A DNA stretch of 64,000 nt from an uncultured Pseudomonadales bacterium (GTDB lineage: Bacteria > Patescibacteriota > Microgenomatia > UBA1400 > PJMF01): positions 7,463 to 71,462 of the forward strand of contig CAYUQY010000003.1 of the NCBI GenBank assembly GCA_964447075.1, read 5' to 3'. This document shows positions 17,588 through 27,487 of this stretch, piece by piece; within the stretch, counting starts at the first letter, position 1, and every line of letters begins with the position of its first letter. The position numbers and the translations under genes were made by a program. The notes under the pieces are model-generated. The model was not told the DNA's origin and searched no databases. It saw only the letters and a program-made list of their open reading frames with translations.

Positions 17588-17922
17588 AAAGTCTGGGAGT
17601 TTATTTGTCTTTAGTTCGTATTTTTAACTCAAAAAGTAATTTAAATAAAAACTAGAAAGAATGCTATTAATCAATAAATACTTAACCTTACAACCCATTT
17701 ATCAATCTGACTGTAACTCTGATAATTGGTAAAGTTGCAGTGAAAGTTACTTGAGAAAGAGTCCTATATTATGGGAAAATATGACCAACTTCTATAAGTG
17801 CTTAATAGGCCTGGTAATGTCTTTCATCGATAGGTTAAACAAACTCTAAAACTGCAAAAATACTCGCTAAAATCACAACTAAATTTTTTTCCCAAAATAC
17901 TAGTTTTTATGAGTAAGGCAAA

Positions 17923-18702
17923 CTAAAACCGAATGCCTGAGGCCTTAAAGTTTCTATGAAGATCCATCAAAAAGGCTGATGTGAGTAGTTTCTTTTCCGC
18001 TATGTTTGAGGCCACTAGTGTGGATGAGCACAAAAGGCGCTCCTTGGTCATGCTCAAACAGTAGAACGAGCCTTGATTGCTCACAGTTTGTTTGGAGCTT
18101 GAGCCTGCAGATCTGACCCAAACATTTTGTGCTAACTTCGCTACCTGCTCCAGATCATTTTCACTACTGATATCGTAAATTATCTCAAAGCTGATTTCAG
18201 GTACCGGATGTGAGAAGTTGGTAAAAATACTACTGGTAAGCTGAGAGTTGGGGATGATGGTTGTATTCTGTTCCTCATTCTTGAGTGATGTATGTCTCCA
18301 GGAGATGTTGGAGACACTACCTACTTGACCTGAAGGAAGCTGGATGACATCTCCAAGGTGGATCAGGCGCCCAGCTAAGAGATGAAAACCAGCAAATAGG
18401 TTACTTAGAGAGTCTTGCAGGCCTAGAGCTACAGCAAAGCCACTCACTCCTATGGCTGTCAGGATGGGTGAGATCGAGACTCCCAGCATATCGAGTGAAG
18501 TAACTCCGGCAACACCGATAATTAGAAGTCTAAGTACATTGTTAAATAGGGCTAAAGTATTCTTATTGTACAAACTATTACGTCCAATCAGACGGAGCCC
18601 TATTTTGCCTATTTGTAGTGAGGCAAGAGTGAGCACAAAAAGGCCAATAAAACGCGGTAGCGAAAAGAGCATCGGGTTAATTGAGTCAAAAATGTTTTGC
18701 AT
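17923..18702 (-). CDS. MscS-family mechanosensitive channel
   Basis: GFAVALGLQDSLSNLFAG, GDVI, IPNS. Confidence 0.9.
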   Translation of the reverse strand: MQNIFDSINPMLFSLPRFIGLFVLTLASLQIGKIGLRLIGRNSLYNKNTLALFNNVLRLLIIGVAGVTSLDMLGVSISPILTAIGVSGFAVALGLQDSLSNLFAGFHLLAGRLIHLGDVIQLPSGQVGSVSNISWRHTSLKNEEQNTTIIPNSQLTSSIFTNFSHPVPEISFEIIYDISSENDLEQVAKLAQNVWVRSAGSSSKQTVSNQGSFYCLSMTKERLLCSSTLVASNIAEKKLLTSAFLMDLHRNFKASGIRF

Positions 18703-18783
18703 GACTGGAGTTTAACAGATTTGAGAGAGGGAGGTATAATAGTCCTAGAAAATATCCTCAGAAATATAAAGGATAGGCAAGCT

Positions 18784-19224
18784 ATGCATCAGAACTCCAA
18801 AAAAGTGACCAGGAAAGACAAAGTTATTAAAAATACTATGCCAACTAGCGTGAGCAGTGTTCAGAGTCTTCAAGTTTCTAAAAAAAATCCTAGGGATGAC
18901 CCAAATAGATCTCGGTCTCTTAAAGAATATATCGAGATGATCCGAGAGATAGATAAAGATACGCCTAGAGAAAAAGAGTATGGCAGCATCTTGATTTTGC
19001 AGTTAGTTGAGGAAATAGGTGAGATCTCTCGAGCCTACTTAGCAGAGCATGGTCGCAAGCCCACCAATGTACTAGCTCAGCGAGATGAGACTTATAAGCA
19101 AGAGCTGGGCGACTTAATAGTCTCGATCTTGCGCTTGGCAATCGATAAAAACATCAATCTCGACCACAGGGTTCTCTATACACTCAAGAAAATTAAACGT
19201 CGTAAGCTAAAGCCGAAGGAATAG
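18784..19224 (+). CDS. MazG-like all-alpha NTP pyrophosphohydrolase
   Basis: LVEEIGE...QELGD (EXXE...EXXD); start uncertain. Confidence 0.75.
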   Translation: MHQNSKKVTRKDKVIKNTMPTSVSSVQSLQVSKKNPRDDPNRSRSLKEYIEMIREIDKDTPREKEYGSILILQLVEEIGEISRAYLAEHGRKPTNVLAQRDETYKQELGDLIVSILRLAIDKNINLDHRVLYTLKKIKRRKLKPKE

Positions 19225-19245
19225 GTAACTACCTAGAAGTTAACT

Positions 19246-20298
19246 ATGAGCACTTGGCAAATTCTTAAAAAACACCCAGGGAACTGGCAAAAATTTTGGC
19301 TTCGAGAGCAAGTACTCGATGGCGTTCGCGCCTACTTCAAAAGTGTTGGTTTTCACGAAGTAGAGACTCCTGAGCTGGTCTACACCCCAAGTACAGAGCC
19401 ATTCTTAGAAGTATTCGAGACATCTCTTTTGATAGGAGAAGAGACTCCAAGGAGAGCTTTCCTGATCTCAAGTCCAGAGTATGCCATGAAAAAGTTAGTT
19501 GCTGCTGGATCTGGTAGTATTTTTCAAATCTGCAAAAGTTTTCGCAATGGGGAGGGGAGAAGTCCAAGGCATAATGGTGAGTTTTCTATTCTCGAGTGGT
19601 ATCACGTCGAGGCCACGTATCTAGACGTGCTGACAGACTTTGAGTCGATGGTCAAGGAAATATTTCATCGAGTTCATCCAGAGACGGTTACAACTCACCA
19701 GTACAAGCTGAGCTATCAAGGCAAGAACTATAACTTGAGCTCACCTTGGGAAAAAATTACGGTAGCTGAAGCTTTTAGACGCTTTGTGGGCATAGATGTC
19801 GAGACGCTGCTGTCTGAGACCAAGTTGTTGGAAGTAGGACGTCAGAAAGGCTACCAAATTACTTCAGACACAACTTGGGAACAAGTTTTTCACCAGCTGC
19901 TTATGAACGAGATAGAGCCATTCTTAGGCATGGTGGTTCCTACAGTCTTGATGGACTATCCGGCAGTTTTGTGTCCTCTGTGTCAGACCACACCTGATGA
20001 CGAACGTTTCGCACAGAGATTTGAAGTGTATCTGGCTGGACTAGAGTTGGGAAATGCTTTTGGAGAGCTGACCGATCCTGTCAAGCAGAAAGCGAACTGT
20101 TTGGCTGATCTAGCGGAGCGCCGCAAGCTAGGCAAGACAGAGTATCCTCTTGATGAGGAGTTCATCGCAGCCCTAGAGTCAGGTATGCCGACCACCTCAG
20201 GAATCGCTGTTGGGCTAGATAGAGTGGTGATGCTTTTTGCCGATGCTGCTAGCCTTCAAGAAGTGATGTTTTTCCCGCATGAGGAGATGTTTGGGTGA
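19246..20298 (+). CDS. epmA: EF-P lysine aminoacylase (GenX/PoxA)
   Basis: SSPEYAMKKL, KSFRNGE..HNGEF, ELGNAFGEL, GIAVGLDR; LysRS-like without anticodon domain. Confidence 0.93.
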   Translation: MSTWQILKKHPGNWQKFWLREQVLDGVRAYFKSVGFHEVETPELVYTPSTEPFLEVFETSLLIGEETPRRAFLISSPEYAMKKLVAAGSGSIFQICKSFRNGEGRSPRHNGEFSILEWYHVEATYLDVLTDFESMVKEIFHRVHPETVTTHQYKLSYQGKNYNLSSPWEKITVAEAFRRFVGIDVETLLSETKLLEVGRQKGYQITSDTTWEQVFHQLLMNEIEPFLGMVVPTVLMDYPAVLCPLCQTTPDDERFAQRFEVYLAGLELGNAFGELTDPVKQKANCLADLAERRKLGKTEYPLDEEFIAALESGMPTTSGIAVGLDRVVMLFADAASLQEVMFFPHEEMFG

Positions 20299-20480
20299 GG
20301 TGATGGAGTAGGGCCGGCATTATTTACAGTTATTTAAGTTTAGATTCAGTCATTATTAACATAAGTGAAGTCTTGTTGTGTTGACAGACATAGAAAAGGC
20401 AGGGGTCTGGAGTTTATTTAAGTTTATGCAAACATCGTTACACAGTTGAGCCAACTAGGTATCGTAATAATGGTACTAAT

Positions 20481-20871
20481 ATGCCAAACAGAGATGCACA
20501 GACACCCGAGTTAGAGGCTTTCTTTCGTGTCTCATCAGCCGCAACAACTCCACACAGTGCATGCGGGTTCTAAAGCTCAAACAGAACAAATCGTGAGAGA
20601 AGTGGCTACCAGTGTAGTAGCTCCGTTGCTTGAGCCACCGATAATCATGGATGAGGTTCTATATGCACCAAATATAGTTGGTAGATTTGTAGGAAATGGC
20701 CAGAAATTTATGAAAAAAGTTGCTTTCAATGGCATCACACTTCTGCGAAATACAGAGCAGTTTGGACAGGAATCAGCTTTTAAACTAGCAAATCAGGCTT
20801 TATCGCAACTATATGGAGAGTATTACGGAGGAGGGATTAGATACTTCCAGCCAGTACGCACCAAGAAATGA
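20481..20871 (+). pseudogene. Hypothetical protein, possibly frameshifted near 20520
   Basis: ATG at 20481 is one base out of frame with ORF 20527-20871. Confidence 0.35.
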
Positions 20872-20876
20872 TTGGT

Positions 20877-21608
20877 TTAGAGGTCAATCTCATAACTAAT
20901 GTTCGAACTATTCCAGACATGCACACTACAATTTTCCTTTTTGGTAGAAACCACTAACGCTGGGAAGTCCTTGGTTGCCGTAAACCTCACTTGAAGATTA
21001 TCGGCAAAATTGAGCTCTACACCGTCTGGAGTGAGCTGATATGTGAGCAAGATTGGGCGATCCTTTTCCACTTGTCCTAGGAAGTCGTCAATTTGATCAT
21101 ATGCAAAAGAGTTGGATTCTATGAGGGACGGAGGCCTTTGGCAATTTTCCTCAAGACTTCTATCACTTCTTCGTCGTGCTATCCAACTGCCATAGGAGTA
21201 AAAGGACAACCCATTCTCAAGGCGCATCTGCACAATAGTGCCATAGGCACGAAAAGCTCGATTTACCAGCTGTTGCAGGAGTGATTCTAAGTGAATCTTG
21301 GCCTGATTTGGGGATATAGGCGATCTTTTGGTTAGTTGAACAGCTACATTATAGCGACTAAAGCAGTGAGCTATATCTGATAGCCTCTTCCCGCGTTGTC
21401 CGCTGAGATATTTTGCTAGTTGCTGCTCACAGTACTCGGCTCGTTCTGGAAGGTATGAGTAGAGCTCAAAGTCACCCTGTGGTGTTTTTATCAGGTGACG
21501 CCAGATATCTTTGCCGATTGAGGCAAAGGCAGTGGTATCGGTGATAGAACCTATGCCCCAATGGTCCATAATACGCTGGAAGGAGTCGTGACTATAAATA
21601 GAGCTCAT
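20877..21608 (-). CDS. Hypothetical protein
   Basis: 243-aa ORF with TAAAAT 7 nt before ATG. Confidence 0.7.
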   Translation of the reverse strand: MSSIYSHDSFQRIMDHWGIGSITDTTAFASIGKDIWRHLIKTPQGDFELYSYLPERAEYCEQQLAKYLSGQRGKRLSDIAHCFSRYNVAVQLTKRSPISPNQAKIHLESLLQQLVNRAFRAYGTIVQMRLENGLSFYSYGSWIARRRSDRSLEENCQRPPSLIESNSFAYDQIDDFLGQVEKDRPILLTYQLTPDGVELNFADNLQVRFTATKDFPALVVSTKKENCSVHVWNSSNISYEIDL

Positions 21609-21829
21609 TGGCGTTATTTTAACAGTTGTTAGTTATTTTCGGTTTTTCACTTCTTTGCAAGTCTCCTTATTGTTGGCTTTCTATCAATTCCTACCTTTCG
21701 TAATTACCTTTATCACATGCATCTGTAAGTCACTTGGCATGGGGCATAGTTCAAATGATCGGTTGTGGTCAGTCAGTAAAGGTCAGCCAGTACAACAATT
21801 GCAAATTCCCCTAAACTATTGTAATGTAT

Positions 21830-21860
21830 ACTGGAAGTAACGTTTATAGTTACCTCCAGT
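21830..21860. promoter_or_regulatory. AbiE operator inverted repeat
   Basis: ACTGGAAGTAAC-N7-GTTACCTCCAGT (11/12 arm match) directly before abiEi. Confidence 0.7.
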
Positions 21861-21864
21861 TGAA

Positions 21865-22476
21865 ATGCATCAAACTAAAGACACCATCATCTTAGCTCTC
21901 TACAAACGACCAGAGACGGTCTTCTCTTTGCAAGAAATAGCCCTGCTGTTCCCGGAGGTTCCCTACAATAACTTAAAAATGCGTATGTCATACTTTTCCA
22001 GCTCTGGTTCAATTCAGAAGTTAGCTAGAGGTATATATGCTAAAACTAATTACGACGTGTTGGAGTTAGCCAATAAACTATATGTTCCCTCGTATATCAG
22101 CTTTGAAACTGTTTTACAAAAGGCTGGTGTGACCTTCCAATATTATCAAACCATTTTTGCTGCCTCGTACTTGACTCGCACAGTGCAGGTTGGTAGCCAT
22201 ACTATCGAATACAAAAGACTAAAAAAAGCCATTTTGTTTAATAAGCAGGGTATCGAGCAGCAGGGGAATGTCATGATTGCTTCACCTGAGCGGTCTTTCT
22301 TAGATATGGTTTTTTTGTATAAGAATTATCATTTTGACAACTTGAGCGTACTTAATTGGGACAAAGTTATGGAGTTAAAAAGTGTCTATCAAGGTCAGGC
22401 TTTTTCCAATCGAGTGGAAGAATATTACCAAATGTATAAAGAGGAGTTAGTAAACTCCTCAAGTACGACGACATAG
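21865..22476 (+). CDS. Type IV TA antitoxin, AbiEi-like
   Basis: wHTH with LARGIY; PSYISFETVL; IASPERSFLD. Confidence 0.85.
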   Translation: MHQTKDTIILALYKRPETVFSLQEIALLFPEVPYNNLKMRMSYFSSSGSIQKLARGIYAKTNYDVLELANKLYVPSYISFETVLQKAGVTFQYYQTIFAASYLTRTVQVGSHTIEYKRLKKAILFNKQGIEQQGNVMIASPERSFLDMVFLYKNYHFDNLSVLNWDKVMELKSVYQGQAFSNRVEEYYQMYKEELVNSSSTTT

Positions 22477-22481
22477 GAACT

Positions 22482-23177
22482 ATGCTTAATAGCCAACACA
22501 CAGTGATTTTGATTGAAATCTTGAAGGATATCTACTCTGATCCTGAGCTGCGAACAATTTTAGGGTTTAAAGGTGGCACTGCTGCGATGCTTTTTTATGA
22601 CCTACCTCGTTTGTCAGTAGATCTGGATTTTGACTTGCTAGATAGTGAGAAAAAAGCCGTGGTCCTGCAGAAAATGAAAATCATTTTAGAGCAGCACGCA
22701 GTGATACGACAGGCGTTAGAAAAACGATATACGCTATTTTTCCTGATCAGTTATGAAAAGGGAGAACACACTATCAAAGTTGAGATCTCAAAGCGCCCCA
22801 CTATCAGTGGCTTTCAGGCTAAGAGTTACTTGGGTATTCCCATGTTGGTGATGCGGCAAGAGGACATGGTGGCTAATAAACTAGCAGCCTTTTTGACCAG
22901 GAAAAAAACTGCAATGCGTGATGTTTTTGATCTTTGGTTTTTTCTCAAAAATAAATGGTCTATTAACCCAGCTGTAGTAGCTGAAAAGACCAACATGTCT
23001 CTGTCTCAAAGTTTGGAGCAAGCCAAACAAGATGTCAGTAACTTGAAAAAGTCTCATTTTTTGCAAGGCTTAGGAGAACTACTAGATGAAAAGCAAAAAG
23101 ATTGGGTACGGAGCAAGTTGGCAGAAGAGGTGACATTTTATTTACAGTTGTACAGGGAAGTTGAAAAGAAACCTTGA
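22482..23177 (+). CDS. Type IV TA toxin, AbiEii nucleotidyltransferase
   Basis: FKGGTA, PRLSVDLDF, ANKL.A, RDVFD. Confidence 0.9.
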   Translation: MLNSQHTVILIEILKDIYSDPELRTILGFKGGTAAMLFYDLPRLSVDLDFDLLDSEKKAVVLQKMKIILEQHAVIRQALEKRYTLFFLISYEKGEHTIKVEISKRPTISGFQAKSYLGIPMLVMRQEDMVANKLAAFLTRKKTAMRDVFDLWFFLKNKWSINPAVVAEKTNMSLSQSLEQAKQDVSNLKKSHFLQGLGELLDEKQKDWVRSKLAEEVTFYLQLYREVEKKP

Positions 23178-23316
23178 TAGGAAAGGGTCGTAATTTTCCC
23201 AAAACACCTGATCGATGTTAACTTTAATAAAGCGCGGATTTGCCCTTTCACCTCTTGAGGATTACAATAGCCGTTCGCAAAAGTAGTTGTTTGATAGTTT
23301 TTGAAAGGATTACAGC

Positions 23317-23880
23317 ATGGCAATGATCAAAGGTGGAAACATCAAAAAAGGTAACTTTATTTTATTTAAAAATGAACCATGGCAAGTCGTGAAGACTGAG
23401 TTCGTTAGTCCAGGAAAAGGCTCAGCGTTCACACGTGCCAAGCTAAAAAGTGTGCGCACAGCTACCACTCAGGAGTTTACCTTCAAGTCAGTCGAGCCGA
23501 TTGAAGAGTTGGATGTGACCACACGCGAGATGCAGTTTTTGTACAGAGATGGAGCGGACGTGACTTTTATGGAGCCTCGCTCCTTTGAGCAAGTAGTAGT
23601 ACCTCTAGCCATACTTGATGAAAAAGAAGGCTATCTGACTCCAGAGCTAACAATGTATATATTGTTTTACAACGACAAAGCTATCGGAGTGCGCTTCCCA
23701 CCTACGGTGAAGCTTAAAGTGAGCTACACAGAAGATGCTACGGCTGGCAATAGAGTCAATGCTCCCAAGAAGCCAGTCACGCTCGAGACAGGACTGATCG
23801 TTCAGGCGCCACTTTTTGTCAAGGTAGGTGAGACAATCGCGATCGACACTGTGACGGGTGAGTATATCTCGAGAGCTTAA
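23317..23880 (+). CDS. efp: Elongation factor P
   Basis: SPGKGSAF loop, LETG, VQAPLFV, YISRA. Confidence 0.97.
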   Translation: MAMIKGGNIKKGNFILFKNEPWQVVKTEFVSPGKGSAFTRAKLKSVRTATTQEFTFKSVEPIEELDVTTREMQFLYRDGADVTFMEPRSFEQVVVPLAILDEKEGYLTPELTMYILFYNDKAIGVRFPPTVKLKVSYTEDATAGNRVNAPKKPVTLETGLIVQAPLFVKVGETIAIDTVTGEYISRA

Positions 23881-24554
23881 GATGGCCACATAACTGGGTT
23901 GTGCCAACTTAGTAATAACATAGAGATGAACTGTATGACTGGTGAGACGAGAGCAGAGATTGGTGAGACGCCACCACCCCATGGGTATATTAAGGCGATC
24001 AAGACGAAGAAACCAAACCTTTCCATGAAAGATTGATAGGCGAGTGACTGCTCCTTAGGCAAGAGTGCCACGATGATCTTGCTGCCATCGAGAGGATAAA
24101 CAGGCACTAGATTAAAGACGGCTAGTGTCACATTGATCAAGATGCCTAAGGTCACAAACATGCCTAAGGTCACTAACATTTGAACTGGAAAGGGTAGAGC
24201 TGGTGAGACAAAGAATAGAGCTGCTGCTAAGACAGTGAAGGCTACAGCCATTATGATGTTGACTACCGGGCCAGCCAAGGCCACTAGAGCTGAATCCTTA
24301 ACAGGATTCTTGAAGTTGTAAGGATCTATCTGGACAGGTTTGCCCCAACCAAAGTTAGTTAGCAACATGGCGAGAGTTCCGATAGGATCAAGGTGTTTGA
24401 GTGGATTGAGCGAGATTCTGCCTTGAAGCCTAGGCGTGGGATCACCCAAACGGTCTGCAACCCAGGCGTGGGCAAACTCATGAACGGTAAGAGCCAAGAT
24501 CAAAACAGTAGTGCGGATGATGAAGTACTCTGGCGAGGTGAAGAGATCAAGCAT
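23877..24554 (-). CDS. Site-2 protease (peptidase M50)
   Basis: HEFAH, FGWGKPV, NLVPVYPLDG. Confidence 0.92.
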   Translation of the reverse strand: MLDLFTSPEYFIIRTTVLILALTVHEFAHAWVADRLGDPTPRLQGRISLNPLKHLDPIGTLAMLLTNFGWGKPVQIDPYNFKNPVKDSALVALAGPVVNIIMAVAFTVLAAALFFVSPALPFPVQMLVTLGMFVTLGILINVTLAVFNLVPVYPLDGSKIIVALLPKEQSLAYQSFMERFGFFVLIALIYPWGGGVSPISALVSPVIQFISMLLLSWHNPVMWPS

Positions 24555-24672
24555 AAATGTAGAGTTCAAGTATAGTTACTCCAACGGCGATAGTTGGTCA
24601 AAGTTTCTTCATCGTCAGATATTGCTCTACATTATACCCTCATGATACAATCCCACACCTAGGAGATCAGAT

Positions 24673-24888
24673 ATGTCATTTGCCATGAAGTTCCCAAGAG
24701 TTGCAAGTATAGGTAATCGTGTTTCCCACGCCAAGAATCGCAGTAAGCGCGCCTTCAAGTACAATCTACACACCGTCACCATCATTGTAGATGGAGCCAA
24801 GAAGCGTTTGAGAGTTCCAACCAAGATGTTGCGCATGATGAAAAAGTCTGGGATCACAACTCACTACAAGAAGCCAGTAGTAGCTTAA
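24673..24888 (+). CDS. rpmB: 50S ribosomal protein L28
   Basis: GNRVSHAKNRSKRAFKYNL. Confidence 0.92.
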   Translation: MSFAMKFPRVASIGNRVSHAKNRSKRAFKYNLHTVTIIVDGAKKRLRVPTKMLRMMKKSGITTHYKKPVVA

Positions 24889-24938
24889 GCTAGGGACAGA
24901 GATCTAATTGGGTTTAAGTTCTTACCTCCAAGTCGTAT

Positions 24939-25952
24939 CTAGGTGCCTAGTAGAGTTGATTTTTGAGACGGAGTCTTACCTTCTTCCTGAACCAGATCTA
25001 AAACAATTTTTCTAGAGTCTTTATCTAGGTGAGATTTAAGTAGTTTAAGGCGTTTGTCACCTAGGACTGTCCAGACACCAGGCCATGGCGATAAGCCGTG
25101 GATAGTTCGATTAAGCAGTATTGGCTGATCACCAGGATTGGAGAGCTCCAAAATACTCATGAGTAGAGGAGCTGAACATGCGAAGCTTGAGTGATCACTG
25201 CTGGACTTGGGCGCACACAACTCAAGTGTTTCTTTGGTCAGATGATTAAAATCAAACTCAGCTTTGAGAACCTGTTGGAGAGTGTTGGGCTCTATGAAGC
25301 CGTCCTCTCTAGTTAACTTTCTAGCTAGGGGAGTGGGCAGTTGAGGTGTTGCAGAATCAACAAATTGAGATTTTGGTAAAAGTTGAGCTTGGGCAATACT
25401 CTCAATCAGATCTGCCAACTTAGGCGCTATCAGCTCAAAACTTGTCTTGTAGTACTCTAGACTACTCCAGCTTGCTTGTACATCAAACCCAAGCTGTGCA
25501 TATGTGTCACCAGCATCCATTTCTTTGGCTAGCATTATCAGTGAGACTCCAGATTTATTTTCACCATTTATGATTACAAACTGCCCTGGTGAGCTACCAC
25601 GCCATCTAGGTAGTTGTGAAGGATGGATGTTGAGGGGTGCTATTTTGGGTAGTTTGATGAGCCAGTCAGGGATGTAGTAGCCGAAGTCGACTACAAGCAG
25701 AAAATCTGGCAAGACTGATGGAAGTTGCGATTTTATTTCTTTATCAATTTTTTGTGAAACTAGGATTGTTTTGATTTTGTGTTGTGTAGTCCAAGAGTGG
25801 AGTGGGTTCTCGACGATTACTTGAGAGCGTCCTTGATGTTTGGGTGAGGGCGTCAATACCCACGCAATCTTAAACCTAGTGTCCTCTGCAATCATTTCTG
25901 CGCAGAGTAAAGTATGAGTGGTAGATCCAGCTATGGCGACTGTGTACGGCAT
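24939..25952 (-). CDS. fmt: Methionyl-tRNA formyltransferase
   Basis: NIHPSQLPRWRGSSP, MDAGD, LSPWPG; adjacent to def. Confidence 0.92.
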   Translation of the reverse strand: MPYTVAIAGSTTHTLLCAEMIAEDTRFKIAWVLTPSPKHQGRSQVIVENPLHSWTTQHKIKTILVSQKIDKEIKSQLPSVLPDFLLVVDFGYYIPDWLIKLPKIAPLNIHPSQLPRWRGSSPGQFVIINGENKSGVSLIMLAKEMDAGDTYAQLGFDVQASWSSLEYYKTSFELIAPKLADLIESIAQAQLLPKSQFVDSATPQLPTPLARKLTREDGFIEPNTLQQVLKAEFDFNHLTKETLELCAPKSSSDHSSFACSAPLLMSILELSNPGDQPILLNRTIHGLSPWPGVWTVLGDKRLKLLKSHLDKDSRKIVLDLVQEEGKTPSQKSTLLGT

Positions 25953-26010
25953 TTTTACTTTTCAATTAAAACTGTGCTTTCTAATTCTTAGTTTAGCTCT
26001 AGGTTTAATC

Positions 26011-26604
26011 TTAAGGATTATTTGAGTGTGTCACTAGAGCTTGAAGCATCTCGGAGGAAAGCTCATGGAGAGAGTCATCTCTACCCTTACCTTGATAGAC
26101 AGGAAGTTTATCTCTAAGACAGTGGTCGATAAAAAGCACCCCATCAAGGTGGTCTAGCTCATGTTGGACCACTCTAGCAGCAAACTCAGAAAATGTTTCT
26201 GAAGTAGAGCTAAGGCGTCCATCGATAATTTGATCAAACCCAAGAGTGACTTCCTCCCAACGCCAGACAGGTCCAAAAATACTTGGTATAGATAGGCAGC
26301 CTTCCAAGAAGGGCTCGTCTGGGAGGCCACCTAGAGTTTTACTCTGTGAGTGAGACACAACTACAGGATTGATGAAGAGCTTGGGGGGATGTTGTTTGTT
26401 TTTATCATCTGGAACTCTAGTAGCAAAAAGACGAATTCTGTTGTCTATTTGAGGAGAAGCTAGCCCAACTCCTTTGGGATTGCGAGCTTTGAGTAATGTC
26501 TGAACTAAGTCTTCTAGACAGTCGGTGAGTTTTCGATCAACTACATGAATAGTTTTGGCAACTGTACGAAGTGAAGGATGGGGGATGGTAAGTATGTTAG
26601 ACAT
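26011..26604 (-). CDS. def: Peptide deformylase
   Basis: GVGLASPQ, EGCLS, QHELDHLDG. Confidence 0.96.
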   Translation of the reverse strand: MSNILTIPHPSLRTVAKTIHVVDRKLTDCLEDLVQTLLKARNPKGVGLASPQIDNRIRLFATRVPDDKNKQHPPKLFINPVVVSHSQSKTLGGLPDEPFLEGCLSIPSIFGPVWRWEEVTLGFDQIIDGRLSSTSETFSEFAARVVQHELDHLDGVLFIDHCLRDKLPVYQGKGRDDSLHELSSEMLQALVTHSNNP

Positions 26605-27409
26605 GTCTATTTTTTAGAGGCTGATTTTTTTTAGGGCGAGTGGTATGCATTTTATAGATCATATTCTTGGCTCTGGTAGATCTATTTAGGAAAAAACTGC
26701 AGAATGTTAAAACAGCGAAGGTACTAGTGAAGAACCAGTAGAGACCTGTATTCAGAGAGAAACTAGGAGTAAGGATAAAGTAGGCTATGAGATGGGATAG
26801 AACTAGGAGGATGTAGACCATCCTCATAAATCTAGAGAGTCGGGCGGCAGAACGAATAGAGTGTGAGACTGAGGCAGAGATAGTAAAGTAACTGATACTA
26901 GCATAAGAAACTAAGCCAACGAGGCCTCCTGCACCCATGAGAGCTAGAAGATGCATTTTGTTGTTGAGGAAAGTAAAGGGATTAAAAAGATTGAAAAAGG
27001 ATGAGAGTGCAGCCATTAGCAAAATGCCAGGGTAGATCACAGAGTGCGACACCCAGATGTGGAAGTACTCTGAGTGGTTAAAGATATCGTGTGTTGGGTC
27101 TTGTTTTTTTTTGAGAGAAAAACTCACAGTTAAGGTATGGATGACAATAAAGGCAAAGACATACAACATAGAAAGGCTAAGAATAGAGTCGTAGATAAAG
27201 GCCTCTTTGAGGACAGGAATCTTGTCATCTCCTTGAAGAGAGAAGTACATGACAAACTTGAGCCAGAGGAAAAGTAAAGGTGAGAAAACAAAAGCATAGA
27301 GAAAGTGAACTAAATCTAGCTTTAGTAACTCTCTTTTACCTTGATGTCTGTAAAGTGACAAAGAGAGGATAAAGATAAGAGCTGGAATGATGACTATGAA
27401 GAGAGGCAT
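26597..27409 (-). CDS. Polytopic membrane protein, unknown function
   Basis: About seven hydrophobic segments; overlaps the def start. Confidence 0.75.
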   Translation of the reverse strand: MPLFIVIIPALIFILSLSLYRHQGKRELLKLDLVHFLYAFVFSPLLFLWLKFVMYFSLQGDDKIPVLKEAFIYDSILSLSMLYVFAFIVIHTLTVSFSLKKKQDPTHDIFNHSEYFHIWVSHSVIYPGILLMAALSSFFNLFNPFTFLNNKMHLLALMGAGGLVGLVSYASISYFTISASVSHSIRSAARLSRFMRMVYILLVLSHLIAYFILTPSFSLNTGLYWFFTSTFAVLTFCSFFLNRSTRAKNMIYKMHTTRPKKNQPLKNRHV

Positions 27410-27487
27410 AGTAATATCTCAATACAAGGTAAGTCATTCCTGATCTGAAAGAAATGCGATGAAGTTAATTTGGTCATATTTAATCAG

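Noticed and set aside
17238-17922. Confident oriC call
   Set aside because: Only two good DnaA boxes, no dnaA/dnaN and no evident skew switch; kept only as a low-confidence finding
12456-23200. Prophage or integrative element at tRNA-Trp
   Set aside because: No integrase, phage structural genes or att duplication were seen, and core genes are interspersed
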